DNA from: Podarcis muralis | Taxonomy: Eukaryota | Direction of reading: 5' to 3' | Length of the DNA: 64,000 nt | NCBI RefSeq assembly: GCF_964188315.1 | Contig: NC_135657.1 | Location: forward strand, 108,872,001 to 108,936,000 | Shown here: positions 1 to 11,254 of the stretch, one piece after another | How the letters are laid out: every line of letters begins with the position of its first letter | Numbering within the stretch: position 1 is the first letter of the stretch | Notes under the pieces: generated by a model | Databases searched by the model: none | The model's input: only the letters and a program-made list of their open reading frames with translations | What the model was told of the DNA's origin: nothing | Translations under genes and position numbers: made by a program

Positions 1-490
1 CCCCCAAGTCCTTTCTGTTGGGGATAATTCAGACTGAAATTCCCAGGTGTCAAAAAAGGTTATTTATGTATGTCACTACTGTGGCCCATGTTTTCTTAAG
101 CCAAAAGTGGAAAGCGAGCGAGGTCCCAACCAAAGAAGAATGGTAACTTAAGTTGACAGACTATGCGCAGCTTGCAGACTTAACATATAGAATGAGAGAA
201 CAAGAAGAATATACGTTTAGAGAAGATTGGAAAATGTTTATTGAATATATGGGAAATCATTGTGTACAGCTGAAAACGCCGGCAGCATTAAGGTAAATTC
301 AACAGTGTAATTAAGTTATGATGGATGTAATAATGGACTACTGAATGGTATAGTTTCTGTAAAATATGCAGGGATTTATGATATGTAAAATGAACCGTGG
401 AAAGAGAAGATGGGAAGTCATTGATATTTTAAGGATGTGAAAAGGAATACTTTAAATTGCAAAACAGAAAATTTAATAAAAATTATAAAC
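1..490 (+). mobile_element. L1 LINE 3' end (ORF2 C-terminus with internal stop, 3' UTR, AATAAA)
   Basis: Translates SFLLGIIQTEIPRCQKRLFMYVTTVAHVFLSQKWKASEVPTKEEW*...EDWKMFIEYMG, similar to the other L1 ORF2 ends in the window. Confidence 0.85.
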
Positions 491-1619
491 AAAGGGAGGA
501 AGAGGAGGAGGAGGAGAGCTGGCAGACACTCCAGGTACTAAAATGGTCTACTGATAGCAAATACCCCAGTGTAATTTAAAGGCACAGAGACATTTTACAG
601 TCTTTTTTTTCTTTTTTAAAAAATTAATAATTAAGGCATATGTACTTCTTTTCTTAAAAGCAAATGATTGTATACAGTTTTGAGGATGTGGAAGAAATGG
701 CTGACTTCTGTCACTTAAAGTTTGTCTGGCTTGCAAGTACAGTGGCTAGTTGCAGACGATTACAGGTTCCCAACCCCATTAATGCATGTGTAGAAGAAAG
801 AATTTCAGCAAGTATCACTTGCAGCAGGTATAGCTTGTCACGCGAATGATGCCTTGCTGAAATGCACTACTAAAAGTGCAGGAGCCCGGACCTGTCTGCC
901 ATCTGGCCATCATCCTTACAGGTGCTCATATTGCTTGGCATTCTGACAGTCAGGCTACACACGACTTTACCTGCATAGTTTTCTCTTGAGCTCAGAGGTT
1001 TTTAAATTTCACACCTGGCCAGATCAGGACCCTAACATGGGGTTGCTGGTAAAGGGGCCTTAAGCTACACACCCCTCTGCAGTGGTCCCAATCCAGATTC
1101 CTGTCTTGCTTGCAATTTGCATTGCAAAAAAGGGTCCCTTTCAATGGGATACAGGATGGGGCCATATCAGGGGTGGAGGGTTAAAAACCTAGCAAATATA
1201 ATGGGTGCCTGATCCAAACTGGGGGCCCTTACCCTTGTAAGTTGTGGGGGGAGGGGAGGGAAGAAACAGGCAGAACTATGCAGCTAAGGTTACATGTGGT
1301 TTGGCAATAAATATTTCTGGATTGCAAGTGCTCAGCTAGTTCCCCTAAGCAAGCACACATATACCAAGGTAGAGTCAGTACACATGATGTCCCCATGGAG
1401 GAGACACAATGCCCCTTCTCAAAAAGCTTATTAACGGGGGGAATTGTTTTTTCCCCTTGTGTGAAAGCTACATAAAGCCTTGCACTGTCAAGAGAATAAT
1501 CAGTAAGTCTCCAGAGTCAGAAAAACATTTGAAATCGTCCCGAGAGATGTATCAGAACAGGATGAGGGCAGCAGAGTTAATACGGTAGGAAAAAAGCAAT
1601 GTATCTTTTGCAGGCAATA

Positions 1620-2350
1620 TGTTGTGTGGTGAGGCCCCGTGACCACTCTGTACTCTATGGGGCAAATAACTAGACAATACACGGTATATTAGTTTGGGAT
1701 CAAATAAGGCCACAACTTTATTGGTTACAGATGTGAAAGTTTGGCCATAGGCATTGAGGTAAGCAACTGTATATGTCACTCTCACCTGTCCACTGGGAGT
1801 CTTTCTAAAGGTGCAACCAGTGTGGGGAACACCCTATGACCTACATCAAGTTGGGCGTCCCCGAGGCGGTCCCCCCTGGAGGAGTGGTATGGCCCTAGCC
1901 CCCATCTGGGCATCGGACAGGAGCTACTCCTCCCGGATCCTTTTAACAGGATACCCTTACCCATGGTGGGGCAGGCAGAGGCTGCAACCGACCAAGACTA
2001 GGCTTATCCAATGCCCATGCACCTTACAAAGTTGTGATTGCTATGAGGTATGCGAAAACCCAAATGGTAGTGCTAATTTGCCAGATGGGAAAAATTCCTG
2101 CCCGACCCCTCAATCCGGCGACCAACAATGTCCATAGCAAGGTTGTAGCATCTGCAAATAACCCTAATCTGAGGGAAGGTGGGTGGGACAACCGGCGTAG
2201 CATACAAGAGGCCAAAAGGCTCAGAAGGCCAGTTATTTAACCTTGCCCTGGGCATGGGATCATGCGCAGCTATTGGAAAAAGTATGTCCAAACTAGGAAA
2301 CCTGAAGACCACCGCACAGATGTGCAGGTGTATTTGTTTACCTGTACATG
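1620..2350 (-). mobile_element. Solo-LTR-like element; boundary near 2350 approximate
   Basis: The minus strand shows CCAAT, TTAAATA, AATAAAGTTGTGGCC and a terminal CACACAACA, the same architecture as 48726-49250. Confidence 0.5.
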
Positions 2351-4726
2351 GGCGCCTTAAAAACAACCCAAAAACATGTTGTTTTTTTAAAAAATACAAG
2401 TTTTTTTTTTTTTTACATTCTGGATTTGCACATAAGAGTGGTCAAAATGATAATAAAGTGTGGACCACTCTATGCCAGGAAAGTATTTGGAGTAACTTGC
2501 ATAAAGCTGCTGCTTCCTATCCATGCATTTTCCTTTCCTGCCTGTTGTATCTGCAATCTAAATTTCTATTTTTAATGCAGTAGTTTTGTGCAAGAGCAGT
2601 TCTGTGAAAAAGAACTGTTTTAAAAAAATAGAAAGTATTGCATATGTGCCTTTAGCAGCAACTGGTGGAAAAAAGATGGGCTGCTTTCTTTCCTCTGTTT
2701 TTTTCGAAACAAGATGTCACTACATGTCAAAATCAAAACACACAAACCCAGCCTGCCAGCACAATGTGCTTCAGTATGTCCATAGTCAGATAGCATGTGA
2801 TTTTATACTGAATTTTCTTCCCGTATCTGATTATCTGTAGATAGGGGAGAATATTAATTATGTGTGGGTAAAGTGAGGGCTGCCACTAGATATTGTGTGG
2901 ACACCACCACAAAAATGAGAGAGTGACAATGGTAGCTTCAAATCCAAATTCAACTCCAGTGTGAATGAGCCCTTAGATAAGAATTTTCCAATACTGCATA
3001 TAACAGGAGTCATTTGGGAGCTAACAGCAATGGGGAAGAAACAGAGCATTCCCTTCTTCTGAGTACCAGACATTTACTCTCTTTCAAAATCTAAGAGAGC
3101 ACCCGTCAAATGCTGTAAGTTGACACACAGTTGGACATGCCAACTCTTAATGCCAAATGAAAGGTTTTTAATTGCCTTGTTTAGAAACAATGAAAAGCTT
3201 TCCAAGTCACATTCACTGCTCCTGGTTTCCTACTGGTTAAACCTCCCACTGGAACTGGAAACAGAAAGCTTCACTACAAAGCCCACAATGCAATGAGACT
3301 TTCTGCAAAAGATACGTTCACAACTTAAAGGATTTCATCCACTGGTGTCCTTTGTGCAGAATTCTGTCTGCAGCCCTAGTATGATAGATAATAAGCCCGC
3401 CAGCCCTACAAAGATTTGGCCAAGGTACCTTATGAAAACCTCTCCACTGTTCATCAAAATCTTTGGAGGAAGCCCTGCTACAACTCCAATCTTTTCCTGA
3501 AGTTAGCTTGACAGGAATAAGGGGCAGGGGTTTCTTCATAAGCTTCCTGATGCTATTCCCTAATCAGAGTTGTTCACCAATCTATTTTCCTCCTCCTCCT
3601 CCTCCAAAATGTGTTTTTTTAAAAATAGTTAGGTATTTGGAAACCCAAGCCAATGTTCTAATTGCTGCCATTCCATTCACTGCTATGTTGCTCTGACATT
3701 AGTTTTTAGAACTATGATTACATATCACAGCATTTCTTTGTGTATGGTTATGCTGTTGTTTTGCATTGCTGCTCTGAAGTACTGTTGCAATGTGGCTGTG
3801 CATTTCAGAATAAATGAGTGAAAGGAGAGATACAACACGCTAGCCTACCTTCCTGGCCATGTACAGCTTTCTTACCTTGGCCTATATTCATTTTTTTTTT
3901 TAACTGCCAAATGCATCATACCCAACTCTCATCTTGTGATCCCCTCTGCTTTGGATTCCTTTAAATTGGCCTCCTGGGAACTGGACGGCCCTGCCTTCGA
4001 TGTGGAATGAGTCCAAACAGCATTTGCTCCCTCCCAAATCCATGGCTTGTGTTTACGTTTGTGCATAACCCTCTCTTTGTGTGTGCAATATAAATAGAAA
4101 GCACCCACACCCACATCCTTGCAGAGAGCCTATATAAATTTATTTCCTTTCATAATCCCCTTTCAATCAGACTTAGACTAGCTAAACAGAGAGGGGTTAC
4201 CCAGGATACAGGTAACCATATGACTCACTGGCAAGGCTTCAGCTATTAATCTTTAGGAGATACAAAATGAAAGCAATTGCTGTTTTACTGTAATGGATTA
4301 GAGCCTACGCCACAAATCGCAAAGAGATAGTTTGTGGAAAGCAGTCAGTCATATACCAACTGCTTAGTGGACTTGCTCTCTTACGAGCTGCGTTATCAGT
4401 CACTAAGGAATTCACAACGATTTTCAGTTTTTGCCCAAGATGCATTAGCCAGGCAGCTCATCACTTTTTCGGCAGCAGAGCCTCCAAGTGACAGGATATG
4501 CATTGGCAACGTTCTGTGCTGTAACGTAAGATGCTCCATTATTCTTTTACATAGGACTTTCCATTATGGGAAAGAAATAGATCATCATGAAATATGGTAG
4601 GCAAATTAGTAAGCAGCACAACGAAGGAGAACATTCCCCTCACAGATGCAATTCTCAGAGCGGCTTAGCAGTCAATCCCTTTTTCCAGGTAACTCTGGGA
4701 ATTGTTGCTTTGTGAGGGGGGAAAGC

Positions 4727-4728
<2 letters not shown>

Positions 4729-4768
<40 letters not shown>
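4729..4768. repeat. (ATT)n microsatellite
   Basis: About 13 TAT/ATT units. Confidence 0.95.
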
Positions 4769-4770
<2 letters not shown>

Positions 4771-4815
4771 TACCCTTTCCACCAGGGTGAGTTGCCCCAG
4801 CACAGCTCTCAGCTG

Positions 4816-5286
4816 TGCCAACAAAGGTCCGTATAGTTAAAGCCATGGTTTTCCCAGTAGTGATGTATGGAAGTGAGAGCTGGACCATAGAGAAGGCTGA
4901 TCGCCGAAGAATTGATGCTTTTGAATTATGGTGCTGGAGGAGCTTCTTGAGAGTCCCATGGTCTGCAAGAAGATCAAACGTATCCATTCTTAAGGAAATC
5001 AGCCCTGGGTGCTCACTGGAAGGACAGATCCTGAAGCTGAGGCTCCAATACTTTGGCCACCTCATGAGAAGAGAAGACTCCCTGGAAAAGACCCTGATGT
5101 TGGGAAAGATGGAGGGCACAAGGAGAAGGGGACGACAGAGGACGAGATGGTTGGACAGTGTTCTCGAAGCTACAAACATGAGTCTGACCAAAGTGCGGGA
5201 GGCAGTGGAAGACAGGAGTGCCTGGCGTGCTCTGGTCCATGGGGTCACGAAGAGTCGGACACGACTAAACGACTAAACAACAACAA
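4816..5286 (+). mobile_element. Bov-B (RTE) LINE, 5'-truncated 3' end
   Basis: PTKVRIVKAMVFPVVMYGSESWTIEKADRRRIDAFELWCWR...HGVTKSRTRLND* followed by a CTAAACAACAACAA tail. Confidence 0.93.
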
Positions 5287-5323
5287 GCTCTCAGCACCTT
5301 TAACAAACTAGTTCCCAGGATAC

Positions 5324-5780
5324 TGTTACAAAAGTCAGGTGCCTGCCCCTCTCTCTGCTGAGCAGTAGCAAGAGCCCATGGGGTCCCAGGCACCCACACA
5401 GGGTCTGTGTCCCTTTGGATAAAGGAAGAAACAGCAGAGACGTGTTTTAAGAAATATGGTTTATTCACCTATTTACACCTTCAGCCTTAATGGAGGGAAT
5501 TCAGATCTTACAGCATCATCATTTCAAGAGGTAGAAGCAGAAGCAGCCTGCAGCCAGCCCCCTCCCAAGATGGTTCTCAGCTCTTCTTCTCCCTTCTCCT
5601 TCCCTTGAAAACTCCCTTTTCCTGTCCCCTTAAACACAAACCCTATTACCTTGGTAACATCTCACTCTCCAGGCGAAATAATTCCTCTCCCTAATGGCCC
5701 ATCAACACCTTTTGTCATGTTAACAGGTTTGTTCATTAAGCCAGCCAAACAATAGATTTATGTCTGTTTTAAAGTAGTAT
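5324..5780 (-). mobile_element. LTR-like sequence; 5' boundary uncertain
   Basis: The minus strand has AATAAA (plus-strand tttatt near 5460) and ends ...TGTAACA at 5324. No TSD found. Confidence 0.35.
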
Positions 5781-5781
5781 T

Positions 5782-6135
5782 AGGTAAAGGTAAAGGGACC
5801 CCTGACCATTAAGTCCAGTCATGACCAAATCTGGGATTGCGGGACTCATCTCGCTTTATTGGCCGAGGGAGCCGGCGTACAGCTTACGGGTCATGTGGCC
5901 AGCATGACTAAGCCACTTCTGGTGAACCAGAACAGCGCACAGAAATGGTGTTTACCTTCCCACCGGAGCGGTACCTATTTATCTACTTGCACTTTGACGT
6001 GCTTTCGAACTGCTAGGTTGGCAGGAGAGGGACCGAGCAATGGGAGCTCACCCCGTCGCGGGGATTCGAACCGCAGACCTTCTGATCGGCAAGTCCTAGG
6101 CTCTGTGGTTTAACCCACAGCGCCACCCGCGTCCC
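5782..6135 (-). mobile_element. Sauria SINE, full length
   Basis: GGGACGCGGGTGGCGCTGTGG head with tRNA-like A/B boxes (GGTTCGAATCC) and an (ACCTTT)n tail. Confidence 0.92.
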
Positions 6136-6551
6136 TTATAATACTACTTAAAAGGTAGTATTATACTGCTTTAATTGTACACTGCAAGTTGGGCCTGAGA
6201 TAAAATCCCTTCACCTTAAAAGCCAGCATATCAAGCAGAGTTGGGTCCAGGTATAGTAGAGACCTTCAGCAAGACACCCTCCACAGACCACCCAACATCA
6301 CCTCCTTACTGTCCTTCTCATGACTTGCTCTTCTCTTCATTTCCATCATTTGCTATCACCATTTTGGCTACCAGGAAAAAAATCCACAAGCATAAAGGCA
6401 GTGACGTTGACTGTTCTGCCTTCACACTACCATTGTTTCCTGGGTGAGTGCACAAGGTGGGTCAACAAGTTGAAGAGGAAGTACAGGTCATAAGAAGAGG
6501 TACAGAGGACTCTTGTCCTCCTTAATAGATGCCCAAACATGAATGCCAACC

Positions 6552-7591
6552 TATTAAACAATTTTGGAATGAAATATATGAAGAAATCAAAAAGATGTTT
6601 AAAGTATCTTTCAGTAAAAAACCGGAGGCATTCCTTTTAGGTATAATCACAAACGATATTCCTGACAATCAAAGGAAAGTATTCCTTTACGCAACGGCAG
6701 CTGCCAGGATGCTTATAGCAAAAAATTGGAAAGGGAGAAAAATTCCATCAATGAAAGAATGGCAAATTAAATTTTGTGAATATATAAATCTGGCAAGACT
6801 CACAGCTTTCATAAGGGGACAATCGGACCAGAAATTATTAAAAGAATGGGGATGTGCTAATGAGTATATGAAAAAAACATTGTTCTGGAGTAAGCATATC
6901 GGTATGTAATGAATGCAGGGACGCGGGTGGCGCTGTGGGTAAAACCTCAGCGCCTAGGACTTGCCGATCGCATGGACGGTGGTTCGAATCCCCGCGGCGG
7001 GGTGCGCTCCCGTCGTTTGGTCCCAGCGCCTGCCAACCTAGCAGTTCGAAAGCACCCCCGGGTGCAAGTAGATAAATAGGGACCGCTTACCAGCGGGAAG
7101 GTAAACGGCGTTCCGTGTGCTGCGCTGGCTCGCCAGATGCAGCTTGTCACACTGGCCACGTGACCCGGAAGTGTCTGCGGACAGCGCTGGCTCCCGGCCT
7201 CTAGAGTGAGATGAGCGCACAACCCTAGAGTCTGTCAAGACTGGCCCATATGGGCAGGGGTACCTTTACCTTTATGTAATGAATGATGCTTTGCAGAGTT
7301 AAAGAAAAAGAAAAATGGTGTAAAAAGTATAAAGATAGAAGTAATCTACATTAGACACAACAATTTAGAAAGAGTAAAATTTTTGAGGTCTTAGAACAAA
7401 GGAAGGAAGTCAATATGTTTATATGTATGTAATGACTAGATTAGAATGAAGATATGGTTTTATTTGTAGATGTGTGCTTTTTTGTTATTGTGTGTTCTGT
7501 TTTTCTTTCTTGTTTGTATAGTTTTATTTTGGATTCAATGTTTGTAATTTCTGTTGTAATTTTGCATTGAAAATAAAATTTATTAAAAAAA
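6552..7591 (+). mobile_element. L1 LINE 3' fragment with about 25-bp TSD, interrupted by a SINE
   Basis: IKQFWNEIYEEIKKMFKVSFSKKPEAFLLGII...KEWGCANEYMKK, then 3' UTR and A-rich tail. TSD taatagatgcccaaacatg(aatg)ccaacc at 6523-6551 and from 7592. Confidence 0.88.
6918..7272 (+). mobile_element. Sauria SINE, full length, nested in L1
   Basis: Head GGGACGCGGGTGGCG, tail TACCTTTACCTT; 13-bp TSD tatgtaatgaatg at 6903-6915 and 7273-7285. Confidence 0.94.
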
Positions 7592-8383
7592 TAATAGATG
7601 CCCAAACATGCCAACCCTTGATGCTCCCCAACCGCAACATCAAGGAGAATGGTAAAAAAATATGCAGCTCTCCTTAACGCAGTCAAGCAAATAACTAGGT
7701 CGTGTTACTAGGTGGAGCAAGGAGAGCACACAAGTAGCAAGAATAAACATTTAGACAGTCATTTTCACTAGTTGCCCAAGACATGTTTAGCAGAAAGAAG
7801 CAAGTAACATTGACTATGTAAGCAAACAAGGCCACACCAAAAGCCAGGCATCCAACACACAACATGCTGCACTTTCAAGAGGCACCAAGCTGGCATCTTC
7901 AAACATGAAAAGAACCTGGCAAAATGATTAGTGCCACGTGGCCCTAGACCATCAGCAGCACACAATGAAGGATTATTTAAACCATAATTAGCAATTTCCT
8001 GTAACAGCTTGAGATCCCTAGCCCACTGTGCAGAAAGTTTCCAAGCCCTCCTGCTGCAACTCAAACTGTTTGTACGTGCTCATCTTCTGCCTGCAGTTGC
8101 CAAACACTGAAGTGAGTCACACACATGCACACACAACTTATATAAACCCCACTGTGCCCTTTTCTTAATTAATCACTACAAGCCCTAAGCAGTTTACCTC
8201 CAGGCCACAACAGGCCACCAAGTATTGATTTTCAGAGCAAGATTGCCCATAAAATCCAAAGCTCAAGAAGCAAATGTTTATTGTGATTGATAAGTGTAAA
8301 CTGTTTAATTATTACTTTCTGATATTTAATTTTACTGCTTACTATTTTATTCTAACGGATTATTGAATATTGTTTTATTTGAT

Positions 8384-8820
8384 GTTGTTGTTGTTGTTTA
8401 GTCGTTTAGTCGTGTCCGACTCTTCATGACCCCATGGACCAGAGCACGCCAGGCACTTCTGTCTTCCACTGCCTCCCGCAGTTTGGTCAAACTCATGCTG
8501 GTAGCTTCGAGAACACTGTCCAACCATCTCGTCCTCTGTCGTCCCCTTCTCCTTGTGCCCTAAATCTTTCCCAGCATCAGGGTCTTTTCCAGGGAGTCTT
8601 CTCTTCTCATGAGGTGGCCAAAGTATTGGAGCCTCAGCTTCACGATCTGTCCTTCCAGTGAGCACTCAGGGCTAATTTCCTTAAGAATGGGTGCGTTTGA
8701 TCTTCTTGCAGTCCATGGGACTCTCAAGAGTCTCCTCCAGCACCATATTTCAAAAGCATCAATTCTTCAGCGATCAGCCTTCTTTATGGTCCAGCTCTCA
8801 CTTCCATACATCACTACTGG
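8384..8820 (-). mobile_element. Bov-B LINE 3' fragment
   Basis: (GTT)n tail and gtcgtttagtcgtgtccgactc; reverse complement of 4816-5286. Confidence 0.92.
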
Positions 8821-9186
8821 GTTTTATTTGATATAAGATGTTTATTTTAAAGTTATTGTGACTTTTTTGTATTGGATCAGATTGTTCTTACATGTATGAG
8901 CTCTGCTGTCTGTTTTTTGTTTTTGTTTTTTGCTTCTTCAGCTTGTAAAGCACCTTATAAACCATAGTAATATAAAAAGGCAGTATACAAATTAAAAGTG
9001 AAAAGACAAGAAAATGAAGTATCTAAGTTTAAATGGCAATGTCACCCCATGGCAGAAACAAAGCTTCTTAACATTAGTGTCCCAAGCAACTTTTTAAAAA
9101 ACTATAGTTGGGAATAATCAGTATGTTTAGAATCCTGTATAGAAGACTATCCGTCACAGAGTAGGACCACCCTAGAAACACATTAT

Positions 9187-9426
9187 GTCAGCTGCATAAA
9201 AATTCTAAACCCACTTTAAGCAAACTTGAAACCAAGCTGACATATTTTTAAAGAATAATTGCAGTCATTGGGTGTGGGGGAGTGTCTTAAGGTGCATACT
9301 GCATATCTATAAAAATGCACCTTAAGACACTCCCCCTCCCATAGATGAGTGCATGTTTTGTTTAGACATGTCTCTGCTCTGTTTTAAGTTTGCTTAGACT
9401 GGGTGTAGAATTTTTATGTAGCTGAC
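9187..9426. repeat. About 240-bp palindromic (fold-back) element, MITE-like
   Basis: Perfect 22-bp inner arms at 9276-9297 and 9315-9336, plus outer arms of about 40 bp with about 4 mismatches. Confidence 0.7.
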
Positions 9427-10378
9427 AAAATCAGCAGCTTCCAAGCATCCATTCTAAAGTAAACACCATGTAATGGCTAGGCCATCAAATGGAAATGCAG
9501 AAATCCCCCAGGTACTCATGCATGCATAGGTACCAAGAGAGGAGAGGAATTTAATTGGCATTCTGAGTATCACTTCGGATTGTGACATGCATCTTTTGCG
9601 ACCTGTTTGTCATTGAGATAAGAATGTGTTGCGGTCCTGGAACAAAGATAAAGTGAAAAGAATGTGGCAAGGAAATAAATCTAAGCCAAGCAACAACCAC
9701 AGTCACAACTTGTAACTTATGAAAAGCCTGTTTTCATTTACAAGATGGGAAAGATGCAATTCCATGTTTGTACTTGTGCCTATCTGGAATAAGGCCATCT
9801 AAATTAAAGTTTTTCTTCAATTGCTACAAACACACAAACACACAGCCAAAGAATCCTTCAGTTTCCTTTCTCTCACTCTATACTGAAATATATTGCCTCA
9901 TCCTCATTACATTGTTCAGTTTCTGAGAATATTTGAACATACGTGGATATGCACAAACATATCCACGTATGTTCAAATATTTCTATATGAATATGAATAT
10001 AGAAATAAAACAATAGCACTAGATTTGAGCTAGAACTGAAGGAGATTCTTGTCCTGAAATGAATAAATATGTTCAGATGCACTGATACTTAATCCAGTTA
10101 ACTTAAGAAGAGAATGTGCTAAAATACACTAAACACAGTTATATTTTTAAGGTTTTTAGGGGGGGGGGGTTATTAAAAAAAAAAGAGATGAGGTTAAGAA
10201 ATGGAAGTGTGAAAACATCAGCTTAATTTTCAGGCCTCAAAAACACATTAGACTTTCCACACTGGGATACCTTTCCTACAAGAAAAGGCCAATGCAATTG
10301 GTTTTGTGCCCTTTTGGTTTAGAGAAATGACAACAGTGTGGGTGGATGGGAGAATGCCAGAGATTTATAAAGGTCACT

Positions 10379-10742
10379 AAGGTAAAGGTAAAGGTACCCC
10401 TGCCCGTACGGGCCAGTCTTGCCAGACTCTAGGGTTGTGCGCCCATCTCACTCAAGAGGCCGGGGGCCAGCGCTGTCTGAAGACACTTCCGGGTCACGTG
10501 GCCAGCGTGACAAAGCTGCATCTGGTGAGCCAGAGCCGCACACGGAAACGCCGTTTACCTTCCCGCTAGTAAGCGGTCCCTATTTATCTACTTGCACCCG
10601 AGGGTGCTTTCGAACTGCTAGGTGGGCAGGCGCTGGGACCGAGCAACGGGAGCGCACCCCGCCGCGGGGATTCGAACCGCCGACCTTTCGATCGGCAAGT
10701 CCTAGGCGCTGAGGCTTTTACCCACAGCGCCACCCGCGTCCC
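10379..10742 (-). mobile_element. Sauria SINE, full length
   Basis: 14-bp TSD ttataaaggtcact at 10365-10378 and 10743-10756. Confidence 0.95.
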
Positions 10743-10937
10743 TTATAAAGGTCACTATTGGTGTGGAAAAACATGAGACAGGCATTTTTTCACCTTCTCT
10801 TACTAATAACATGAGACTTCAGTGTCCCTTGATTAAACCGGCTGAAGGTACATTCCTGACTAGGGCCAGCCATGAGGCAGATTGAAGCAGCCATCTCAGG
10901 TAGTGGAATCCAAGTGGAGCCTCCAAGAGCATGTCCC

Positions 10938-11254
10938 TGTTAGCATTTCACTCCTCCGTTGCTGGATGTGTGATTGTTATATCACATGTCAGTGTTTACT
11001 TTCTAGACTTCGAAAGTGTGAGAACGGAAGTCAGTCTTATCTCTCTTCCGCTGTACTGTACTTTTGTACTTCTTTACTCTCTCTCTCTTGGAGAAGAGGT
11101 GAGAGGACACCATGATTGCTTTGTCCTGTATATATTGCTTAATAAATGCTTAGAATGCAACACTCATGCTCCACGATCGTTTCTGCTATACTCTGCTGAG
11201 TGAGCGTACACATGTCTTTTTATATGTGTCGCTGGTGCGCACCGGGACTGATTT
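10938..11254 (+). mobile_element. LTR-like repeat, 3'-truncated copy of the 60254-60667 family
   Basis: Starts TGTTAGCATTTCACTCC, contains AATAAA, and aligns to 60254-60575 at roughly 85-90% by eye. Confidence 0.65.

Noticed and set aside
880-1375. Possible LTR (GC-richer block with AATAAA near 1306)
   Set aside because: No termini, TSD or second copy could be defined.
4655-5248. 197-aa minus ORF and similar MTPWTRARQ / MDQSTPG / MLTGRTD ORFs elsewhere
   Set aside because: Antisense or alternative frames of Bov-B, recurring at every copy; not genes.
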